A stretch of DNA of 64,000 nucleotides, taken from the NCBI GenBank assembly GCA_050118655.1, contig JASFKL010000001.1, positions 186 to 64,185 on the forward strand, written 5' to 3'. The notes beneath the pieces were generated by a model that saw only the letters and a program-made list of their open reading frames with translations, made no database searches and had not been told where the DNA came from. The stretch comes from Gammaproteobacteria bacterium. GTDB lineage: Bacteria; Pseudomonadota; Gammaproteobacteria; GCA-001735895. This document shows positions 1 to 7,634 of this stretch, in pieces. Position 1 is the stretch's first letter. Every line of letters starts with the position of its first letter. The translations under genes were made by a program, and so were the position numbers.

Positions 1-209
1 ACGGCATTCAGGCAGAGGGTCAGCGGCACGCCGATCAAAATCAGCAGCATAACCGGCCATAGCACCAGTTCATTCAGCACCTGGGGCTGCGAAATGTATG
101 AATACAATAGTCCCGCAACGAGAAATACCGTCGCACAACCCAGCGCGATTCTGCCGAATAGCGGATGGCTATCGAGATTGATGCTTGTATCGGCCTTGTC
201 TTTATTCAA
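1..209 (-). CDS. Partial (N-terminal part only) putative membrane protein, runs off the window start
   Basis: Minus-strand frame is open from TTG at 209 to the window edge. It translates to MNKDKADTSINLDSHPLFGRIALGCATVFLVAGLLYSYISQPQVLNELVLWPVMLLILIGVPLTLCLNA, with two helix-like hydrophobic stretches. It is absent from the ORF track because there is no stop in the window, and it competes with plus-strand ORF 94..342. Confidence 0.35.
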   Translation of the reverse strand, partial: MNKDKADTSINLDSHPLFGRIALGCATVFLVAGLLYSYISQPQVLNELVLWPVMLLILIGVPLTLCLNA

Positions 210-756
210 TGTCGTTTTCTATCGCGTCTGGGAAGCCGGATTCCGATATTTGCTTGGCAAGGTTGAACGCTGTTCCGAAATGCCTGCTGTTATAGTACTT
301 AACGCTTATGGGCGCAAAAGCCTGGTAACGATGTATTCATAAGTTGACGTAACGATTTCCAATCCTGGAAAAATCGGGGTCGGATCAGAAATTCCGTGAG
401 CGCCCTGCCCATAGCCTTCGAGAGTCGGCGAAGTCCGCGATGCAAGCGCGTTCCGGCGGGCTCGCCGAAGCCGCCGGTTATCCGCTTACCCGGCTCCGGG
501 AAAAAGGTTCCGTAAACCGGAGTCCTTCCGGTAAATCGGATTGGTCCCGGCTCTGCAAAGCTTGTTCAGAATTGTCGATCTTCCCGAAATGTTGCCAGAA
601 TCCGCCCGGTGCGACCTTCGGCCGCACTCGAGGAAGCGTCGAGATGCTTCGCTCTCTTCGAAGGGGACGGAGTTGCTATCGGTAACTGCGGAGACAACAG
701 GAGATGGTCGCCGAAAGCTACTCTGCCCCCCGGCCTCCCGGTTCTGGAACTCTCCC

Positions 757-1455
757 TCACTTCCAGGCGGGATCATCGTGCTGCGTGGCGAGAAACTCGA
801 TATATTCCCGGTTGGCCTGCCTGGCGCTTTCGTCCACCTGCCACAACGGCAGCGGCCGACCCGCCGCGATACGCTGAACCTCGGCTCCGGCGCGCCGGTT
901 CTCGGCGCCCTGCCCGGGCTCGAGCCCGAGACTGGTCTGACCGCCAGTCATCACCAGGTACACGTCCGCGAGTATGCGCGCATCGAGCAGCGCGCCGTGC
1001 AGGCTGCGGCCGCTATTGTCGATTTCGTAACGCTTGCAAAGCGCATCGAGGCTGTTTTTTTGGCCCGGGTGTTTCTGCCGTGCGAGCACCAGCGTATCGA
1101 GAATACTGCAGCTCTCCTCCAGGGTCGCAGGCGGCGGCTGCAGGCGTGCCAGCTCGCGTTCGAGAAACTCGACGTCGAAAGGCGCGTTATGAATCACCAG
1201 CTCGGCGCCGGCGACGTACTCGAGAAAATCCTCGGCAAGCTCGGCGAAGCGCGGCTTGTCCTGCAGGAACTCGCCGCTGATCCCGTGCACCTCGAACGCA
1301 CCCGGATCGATCTCGCGTTCCGGATTAATGTAATGGTGCCAGTGGTTGCCGGTGACTCGCCGGTTAATCAGTTCGACGCAGCCGATCTCGATGATACGGT
1401 GCCCCTGGCTGGCTTCGAGCCCCGTGGTTTCGGTATCGAGAACGATTTGTCTCAT
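757..1455 (-). CDS. dnaQ: DNA polymerase III epsilon subunit (3'-5' proofreading exonuclease)
   Basis: [13 protein letters not shown]...IIEIGCVEL...[10 protein letters not shown]...[14 protein letters not shown] are the DEDDh exonuclease motifs. The start was moved to the ATG at 1455, giving an ATGA overlap with the rnhA stop. The track's 28-aa N-terminal extension is Arg-rich and unlikely to be real. Confidence 0.9.
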   Translation of the reverse strand: MRQIVLDTETTGLEASQGHRIIEIGCVELINRRVTGNHWHHYINPEREIDPGAFEVHGISGEFLQDKPRFAELAEDFLEYVAGAELVIHNAPFDVEFLERELARLQPPPATLEESCSILDTLVLARQKHPGQKNSLDALCKRYEIDNSGRSLHGALLDARILADVYLVMTGGQTSLGLEPGQGAENRRAGAEVQRIAAGRPLPLWQVDESARQANREYIEFLATQHDDPAWK

Positions 1456-1895
1456 GCGGAACCTCCTGCGTCGATGGCGGCGTTCGCCAGTTGATCGGCC
1501 CGTTCGTTGCCGTGGACCCCGGAATGTCCCTTGACCCATTTCCAGCTAACGCGGTGGCGGGCGGCCTCGTCGTCGAGCCGTTTCCAGAGATCGTAATTCT
1601 TGACCGGCTTGCGGGCCGCGGTTTTCCAGCCGTTACGCTTCCAGGTCTGGATCCACTCGTTGATTCCCTGCATCACGTATTTCGAATCGGTGTGCAATTC
1701 GACCTCGCAGGGACGCTTGAGTGCGCGTAAACCTTCGATCACCGCGGTCAACTCCATGCGGTTGTTGGTGGTTTGCGCCTCGAAACCCTTCAAGGTCTTG
1801 TCGTTGCCGCGGTAATGCAGCACCACGCCCCAGCCGCCCGGACCGGGATTCCCGCGGCAGGCGCCGTCGGTATACATTACGACTTTATCCGCCAT
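1452..1895 (-). CDS. rnhA: Ribonuclease HI
   Basis: [19 protein letters not shown]...[13 protein letters not shown]...HTDSKYV...[20 protein letters not shown] is a full-length RNase H match. Confidence 0.95.
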   Translation of the reverse strand: MADKVVMYTDGACRGNPGPGGWGVVLHYRGNDKTLKGFEAQTTNNRMELTAVIEGLRALKRPCEVELHTDSKYVMQGINEWIQTWKRNGWKTAARKPVKNYDLWKRLDDEAARHRVSWKWVKGHSGVHGNERADQLANAAIDAGGSA

Positions 1896-1900
1896 CGAAA

Positions 1901-2665
1901 CTAGCGGTCATACTTCATGCTGCGCCCGACGCTGGGCCGGGCCATCTTGCCGGGCAGTATCTTGCGCGCGACCCAGCGATGGCGCACGGGTGTCAGGGGG
2001 GCGATATTCTTGCTGTATACCATCAGGTTGATCGCGCCGAGCAGCGGCGACAGGATACGCGTGCTCTTTTCCAGCCAGCCCAGGTGCCGAATCACCGAAG
2101 GCCGCTGAATCGGCGGCAGATAACCGACCCGGATGTGCCTGTCCTGATCGAAACCGAGCAGTTGCATCCAGTCGTCGATCCGCCGGGCCGTGTAGAGGTG
2201 GCCGGTAAAGGGAACATGCTCGAGCCAGGACTGGCAGTAGTGCCTGAAGCCCCAGAGCGAAACGGGATTGAAATCGATGATCACCAGCTTACCCTCGGGA
2301 ATCAGGACTCGAAAAGCCTCGCGCAGGACCGCGTGCGGTTCATCGGTATTCGCCAGGTGATGCATCAGGATGACCAGGTCGACGCTGTCCGAAGCGACCG
2401 GCAGCATCGAGGGGTTGGCCCTGATCTTGGACCCCGAATCCAGCTCGTCGAGCGTGAACTGGTGCTTGATGCGACAACTCTGTTGCAGGCTGGCTGCCAT
2501 GCCCGGACAACCGATTTGCAGCGAGTAATAGCCGAAAGTCGTCGACAATATCGGATTGATGCGCTCTTCCAGCTCTTTGAACAGATGTTGACCGGTTTCC
2601 GCCTGATACCAGTCGTCCATACAGGCAAATCTTTTGCTATCAGTGCCTTGTCGGTCAAATCTCAT
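1901..2665 (-). CDS. Class I SAM-dependent methyltransferase (YafS-like)
   Basis: It resembles the methyltransferase that neighbours rnhA in enterics and pseudomonads (FGYYSLQIG...[11 protein letters not shown]...[15 protein letters not shown]). The alternative ATG at 2620 (MDDWYQ) is equally plausible. Confidence 0.75.
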   Translation of the reverse strand: MRFDRQGTDSKRFACMDDWYQAETGQHLFKELEERINPILSTTFGYYSLQIGCPGMAASLQQSCRIKHQFTLDELDSGSKIRANPSMLPVASDSVDLVILMHHLANTDEPHAVLREAFRVLIPEGKLVIIDFNPVSLWGFRHYCQSWLEHVPFTGHLYTARRIDDWMQLLGFDQDRHIRVGYLPPIQRPSVIRHLGWLEKSTRILSPLLGAINLMVYSKNIAPLTPVRHRWVARKILPGKMARPSVGRSMKYDR

Positions 2666-2730
2666 TTGAAAGTTACGAATCGCGAGTTACAATCAAGTAT
2701 ATTCTAGCCACTAAAAACAATCGATACTAA

Positions 2731-4500
2731 ATGTTTCCCATTTCGAAGCCCCTGCCCGGGGACCGTAATCTGTTGGCCTATCCGCTGTTCGCGCTGTTGG
2801 TGGCGGGATGCGCGAACCTGCAACCCGCGCCCGATGCCGGCGGAGCGGACGCGGAGCCGATCCGGGCTCAGGACGCAGGCGACAACAGGCAGCAAATTGA
2901 CTCGCGCCTCGATGCGGTGGCGCTGGCTTCGGCCGGCTCGGTATATGTCGCTTACGATTTCGATTTCGAAAGCCAGCTGAAAATGGCCGAGACAGAGGCC
3001 GCCGAAAGACAGCGCGCGGCCGAGGCCGAAGCCAGGGCGGAAGCGGAGATCGTCGCCGCGATCAAGGCGGACCTGGAAGCGACCCGCAAGAAACACGATG
3101 CCTGGCTCAGGCTGCAACAGGGCATGCAATTGTCCGAGGTCCACAATGAGCGCGTCAACGCCCAGCTCAAATGGTTCGTCGATCACCCCGGATACATGCA
3201 ACGCGTGATGGAGCGCGCCCGTCCGATCCTGCCGTTCGTGCTCGACGAGCTCGAAGCGCGCAACCTCCCCAGCGAACTGGCCCTGCTGCCGATCGTCGAG
3301 TCGGCTTACCAGGCATTCGCCTATTCCCACGGACGCGCCTCGGGCATGTGGCAAATCATCCCCTCGACCGGCCGCTTCCTCGGGCTCAAGCAAAACTGGT
3401 GGTACGACGGACGTCGAGACATCATCGAGTCGACGCGCGCGGCGATCAATTATCTGCAGCAGTTGTCGCAGGAATTCGACGGCGACTGGGAACTCGCGCT
3501 CGCGGCCTACAACGCGGGGCCCGGCAGGATCCGCAGCGCGGTTCGCTACAACCGCTATCGGGACCGGCCGACCGATTTCTGGAGTCTGACCCGTATTCGC
3601 AAGGAGACCCAGGCTTACGTGCCGAAGATGTTCGCGCTCAAGGAAATGTTTACTCATCCGGAGAAGTACCAGCTCGACCTGTTGCCGATCAACAACCAGG
3701 TCAGTTACGAAATCGTCGAGCTCGACGGCCAGATCGATCTCGCGCTGGCCGCGGACCTGGCCGGAATCTCGGTGAATCAACTCTATCAGTTGAACCCGGC
3801 CTTCAATCGCTGGGCGACCGCGCCCGACGGGCCGCATCGCCTGCTGCTGCCGCGCGGCAAGGCGGATCATTTCAGGCACGAAGTCTCCAAGGTACCGAGT
3901 ACCAAGCGCATCAACTGGGTGCGGCACAAGATCAAGAGCGGTGAAACGCTGAGTGAAATCTCGCGACACTACCGGACTTCGGTGGCGCTGATCAGGGAAG
4001 TCAACAATATCCGCGGCAGCCATATCCGCGCCGGCAAATACCTGATGGTTCCGACGGCCACCAAATCGCTGAGAACCTATACCCTGAGCGCGAGTTCGCG
4101 GCTGGCAGCCCTGCAGAACACCGACCGCGGCGGAACCCGCCAGGAGCACATCGTGCGTCCGGGACAGAGCCTGTGGAGCATCTCGCGGAGCTACGGCGTC
4201 ACCACGCGGGCGCTCGCCAAGTGGAACGGCATGGCGCCGATCGATACCCTGCAGGTGGGACAGAAGCTCGTCGTATGGACCAGCGCCCAGGCGCGCAAGG
4301 TCAGTATCAGTCAGACGCGGCCCAGTAACGCATTACACGCGCTGCGCTACACTGTCCGCAAGGGAGATTCACTGTATCTCATCGCGGATCGCTTCAATGT
4401 CAGCATCGCGGATATCAGGCGCTGGAACCGGCTCGGCAAATATTTGCATCCCGGGCAAAAAATCAAACTTTACGTCGACATCACCAGTCAGTCCGGCTAG
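2731..4500 (+). CDS. mltD: Membrane-bound lytic murein transglycosylase D (lipoprotein, SLT domain plus C-terminal LysM repeats)
   Basis: Lipobox LVAGC near the N-terminus; SLT catalytic region LLPIVESAYQ...GMWQIIPSTG...AAYNAGPGR. Three LysM-like repeats are present (HKIKSGETLSEISRHY, HIVRPGQSLWSISRSY, YTVRKGDSLYLIADRF). Confidence 0.9.
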   Translation: MFPISKPLPGDRNLLAYPLFALLVAGCANLQPAPDAGGADAEPIRAQDAGDNRQQIDSRLDAVALASAGSVYVAYDFDFESQLKMAETEAAERQRAAEAEARAEAEIVAAIKADLEATRKKHDAWLRLQQGMQLSEVHNERVNAQLKWFVDHPGYMQRVMERARPILPFVLDELEARNLPSELALLPIVESAYQAFAYSHGRASGMWQIIPSTGRFLGLKQNWWYDGRRDIIESTRAAINYLQQLSQEFDGDWELALAAYNAGPGRIRSAVRYNRYRDRPTDFWSLTRIRKETQAYVPKMFALKEMFTHPEKYQLDLLPINNQVSYEIVELDGQIDLALAADLAGISVNQLYQLNPAFNRWATAPDGPHRLLLPRGKADHFRHEVSKVPSTKRINWVRHKIKSGETLSEISRHYRTSVALIREVNNIRGSHIRAGKYLMVPTATKSLRTYTLSASSRLAALQNTDRGGTRQEHIVRPGQSLWSISRSYGVTTRALAKWNGMAPIDTLQVGQKLVVWTSAQARKVSISQTRPSNALHALRYTVRKGDSLYLIADRFNVSIADIRRWNRLGKYLHPGQKIKLYVDITSQSG

Positions 4501-4617
4501 ATCCGGCGCTGCCATGGCGTTGCCGCGAGAATTTGTCCGCAGGTAGTTGCTTTATCCCGACCCAGACGCCAAAATAGACTTTTACGTGCGAACGACGAAG
4601 GGTTCCCCAACAAGATT

Positions 4618-5673
4618 ATGAGCCTTGAAATTGATCCCAAACAAATAAAATCCTTCTCTCCGATCAATTCTCTGAATCCAGAAAACGCTCAAGAATTAGT
4701 CAACAAAATTACCGCTACCCCGATCCAGGCGGGCCACTATATCTTCAAGAAAGGTGATATGGACAAGGCGCACGTCTACGTGCTCTCGGGCGAAGTGGAG
4801 CTGGTGCAGGACAAAAAGGTGGTCAAGACCATCAAGGCGGGCTCCCCGGAAGGCATGCAACCGCTGGCGCACGGATTTCCCCGGCCGGTGTCGGCGCGCG
4901 CCAAGGTCGCCTCGGTGGTCACCAAGATCAACAGCGACATGCTCGACATCATGCTGACCTGGGACCAGTCGGGCAGTTACTCGGTAGAACCCGTCGACGA
5001 AGAAGACGAAGAAACCGACTGGATGACCCGCATCCTGCAAACCCGGGCCTTCCATCGCATTCCGCCGGCCAATATCCAGGCGATGTTCATGCGCATGGAA
5101 TCGGTCAGCTTCAAGCCCGGCGAGAAAGTGATCGAACAGGATGCCGAGGGCGATTATTTCTACATCATCAAGGAAGGCCGTTGCCTGGTCACCCGCTCCA
5201 CGCCGGCCAACCCGAATGGCGTCAAGCTGGCGACCCTGTCGGTGGGCGACAGTTTCGGCGAGGAAGCGCTGATCTCCGACAGCAAGCGCAACGCGACGAT
5301 CACGATGCTGTCCGAGGGGCATTTGATGCGCCTCAACAAGGAGGATTTCAACTCGCTGCTGAACGAACCGCTGCTCAACTGGGTCGATTACGACGAGGCC
5401 AGGAAACTGGTCGATGCGGGCGCCGTCTGGTTCGACGTACGCCTGCCTACCGAGCACAAGGCCAAGCACATCAAGGGCAGTATCAATATCCCGCTGATTT
5501 TCCTGCGCATGAAGGCCAATTCGCTCGATACCGAAAAGAAATACGTCATCTATTGCGATACCGGCCGGCGCAGCTCCGCGGCCTCTTTTCTACTCAACGA
5601 AAAGGATATCGAGACCTTCGTATTGCGCGACGGCGTCGATACCGCCGAGCCCTCCGACCTGGTTACCAGCTAA
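4618..5673 (+). CDS. Tandem cyclic-nucleotide-binding domain protein with C-terminal rhodanese domain
   Basis: The second cNMP domain has a canonical phosphate-binding cassette (FGEEALISDSKRNATITM); the first domain is degenerate. The C-terminal rhodanese fold (WFDVRLPTEH...YVIYCDTGRRSSAAS) keeps the active-site Cys loop. Confidence 0.8.
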   Translation: MSLEIDPKQIKSFSPINSLNPENAQELVNKITATPIQAGHYIFKKGDMDKAHVYVLSGEVELVQDKKVVKTIKAGSPEGMQPLAHGFPRPVSARAKVASVVTKINSDMLDIMLTWDQSGSYSVEPVDEEDEETDWMTRILQTRAFHRIPPANIQAMFMRMESVSFKPGEKVIEQDAEGDYFYIIKEGRCLVTRSTPANPNGVKLATLSVGDSFGEEALISDSKRNATITMLSEGHLMRLNKEDFNSLLNEPLLNWVDYDEARKLVDAGAVWFDVRLPTEHKAKHIKGSINIPLIFLRMKANSLDTEKKYVIYCDTGRRSSAASFLLNEKDIETFVLRDGVDTAEPSDLVTS

Positions 5674-5702
5674 CGCGCCTCGACGCCGTCGGATCCCGCC
5701 GC

Positions 5703-7307
5703 TCAGCCGGCGTAGCCCGGGATTAGCGATTCGTCTATTTCGTCGATCTGCTCCGGATCGAGAAACTCCTCGGCGTAGTCGAGGTAAACCCGCTCGCGAA
5801 TGAAGATCTCGAAGATATCGGGATCGATGTGATTGTCCTTTTTCATGAATCCCATGATGCGCAGGCACTCGGACAGTTTCTTGCCATGCTTGTATGGCCG
5901 ATCGCTGGCGGTCAGGGCCTCGAAAATATCGGCCACCGCCATAATCCGGGCCTGTACCGACATTTCCTCCCTTTTGAGCCCGCGCGGGTATCCCGTGCCA
6001 TCCATTTTTTCATGATGTCCGCCGGCATACTCGGGTACGTTTTGCAAATTGCGGGGAAACGGCAGCGATTCCAGCATCTTGATGGTCGCGACGATATGGT
6101 TGTTGATGACTTCCCGCTCTTCATCGTTCAGCGTGCCGCGCTTGATACACAGGTTCATGACCTCGTCGTCGGTCAAAAGCGGCCGCGTCTCGCCGGACCC
6201 GTCCACCCATTCGAGCCCGGCGAGTTGCTTTACCCGGTCGATATCCTCGTCGCTCATGAATTCGCCGCCGACATTGGCCTTGCGCAAAAATTCGAAATCC
6301 TGCCGGTATTGCTCGCGACGGGATTCGAGATCCCTGTCCAGTTGTTCGACATCGGCCTTCGATCCGTTTGCCGCTAGACGTTTTTTCAAGTATTCGATTT
6401 CGGCGTCGCGCTGCAGGATCACGAAACGGGTTTCCAGCGCATTGATACGATCGTAAATCGTTTCCAGCTTGGTGGCCTTGTCCATCACGTACTCGGGGGT
6501 AACCACCTTGCCGCAATCGTGCAACCAGGCAGCGGTCTCGAGTTCGTAGCGATCCTTGTCGGTAATTCTGAAATCCTTCAGCGGCCCCTTGTCGTCCTGG
6601 TGCGCGGCCTCGGCAAGCATCATCGTCAATACCGGAATCCGCCGGCAATGACCGCCGGTATAGGGCGACTTGTCGTCGATCGCCGAGGCGATCATGCGGA
6701 TAAAAGATTCGAACAGGATTTGCAGTTCCGAGATCAGTCTCCGCTGGGTCAGCGCGACGGCTGCCTGGGAAGCCAGTGACTCGGCGAGTTGCTGTTCGAC
6801 GGCGCTGAAAACTTTGACCTCGCCGGTTTGCTCGTTCCTGGCATTGATCAATTGCAGCACGCCGATGATTTCCTTCTCGTGGTCCTTGAGCGGAAAGGTC
6901 AGCATGGAGCGGGTGCGGTAACCGGTCTTTTCGTCGAAGGCCCGCGTGCCCGAGAAATCGAAGCCGTCCTCGTTATAGGCGTCGGCAATGTTGATGGTTT
7001 CTCCGGACAGTACGCAGTGGGAGACGACGTTGGCATGGTTATCCTTGCCTTCGATCGACAGCGGTATCGCCGGAAAAGTGATTTCGTTACCCGAGGTACC
7101 GCCCATCTGTATATCGAGCGAATCGTTGGAAATGATCTCGAATCTGAGTTCGCCGTCGTTCAGAAAATACAGCGAGCCGCCATCCGCGTGGGTGAGCGAT
7201 TTTGCTCCCATCATGATCAGCTCGAGCAGCTTGGGCGTATCGTTTTCCGCCGACAGCGCGATGCCGATTTCATTTAACCGATCAATCCTGTCGAGCAATT
7301 CTGACAT
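5703..7307 (-). CDS. GAF domain / HD-GYP domain phosphodiesterase
   Basis: N-terminal GAF-like region, HD motif WLHDCGKV and GYP motif GGHHEKMDGTGYPRGL. About 168 residues separate the HD and HHE motifs. Confidence 0.85.
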   Translation of the reverse strand: MSELLDRIDRLNEIGIALSAENDTPKLLELIMMGAKSLTHADGGSLYFLNDGELRFEIISNDSLDIQMGGTSGNEITFPAIPLSIEGKDNHANVVSHCVLSGETINIADAYNEDGFDFSGTRAFDEKTGYRTRSMLTFPLKDHEKEIIGVLQLINARNEQTGEVKVFSAVEQQLAESLASQAAVALTQRRLISELQILFESFIRMIASAIDDKSPYTGGHCRRIPVLTMMLAEAAHQDDKGPLKDFRITDKDRYELETAAWLHDCGKVVTPEYVMDKATKLETIYDRINALETRFVILQRDAEIEYLKKRLAANGSKADVEQLDRDLESRREQYRQDFEFLRKANVGGEFMSDEDIDRVKQLAGLEWVDGSGETRPLLTDDEVMNLCIKRGTLNDEEREVINNHIVATIKMLESLPFPRNLQNVPEYAGGHHEKMDGTGYPRGLKREEMSVQARIMAVADIFEALTASDRPYKHGKKLSECLRIMGFMKKDNHIDPDIFEIFIRERVYLDYAEEFLDPEQIDEIDESLIPGYAG

Positions 7308-7634
7308 CTACTGGCACCTGCCCCTCGCGGAGGCCGAGCTACGCGAGCTTCGAAAGTCGCTCTATTCTAGGTGAATCCCCGGGCATTTCAATTCCGGGCC
7401 GGTTAAATTTTTAACCCCAAGCACTGGTAAAAAAGCGCATTCAACCTTATAGTTTAGAGGCATCACGATTCATAAGAATACCGGGGGGGATCCAAGCTGT
7501 TAACCAGTTCAAGGTGTTCGCATAAACTATTGAATATTATACGAATCGGATTTCTTCATTTTCCGGTCGCACACCCAGTAAAGTACGACTATAACAAGCT
7601 GGGTGACTAATAAGAATCAAACTATGGAGACGGT

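Noticed and set aside
94-342. 82-aa plus-strand ORF at the window start
   Set aside because: It overlaps a minus-strand open frame whose translation has two clean hydrophobic helices, and it has no motif of its own. I kept the minus-strand partial gene at low confidence instead.
380-756. Possibility that the structured tract is RNase P RNA, tmRNA, 4.5S/SRP RNA, 6S RNA, a cobalamin riboswitch or a group II intron domain
   Set aside because: I looked for the hallmark strings I remember (GAGGAAAGTCCGGGC, GGGGCTGATTCTGGATTCGAC, CAGGTCCGGAAGGAAGCAGC, and others) on both strands and found none. A covariance-model scan is still needed.
2704-4149. 481-aa ORF antisense to mltD
   Set aside because: It is a shadow ORF typical of GC-rich DNA. 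It is Arg/Gly/Ala/Val-rich with no recognisable motif and is fully overlapped by a well-supported mltD on the other strand.
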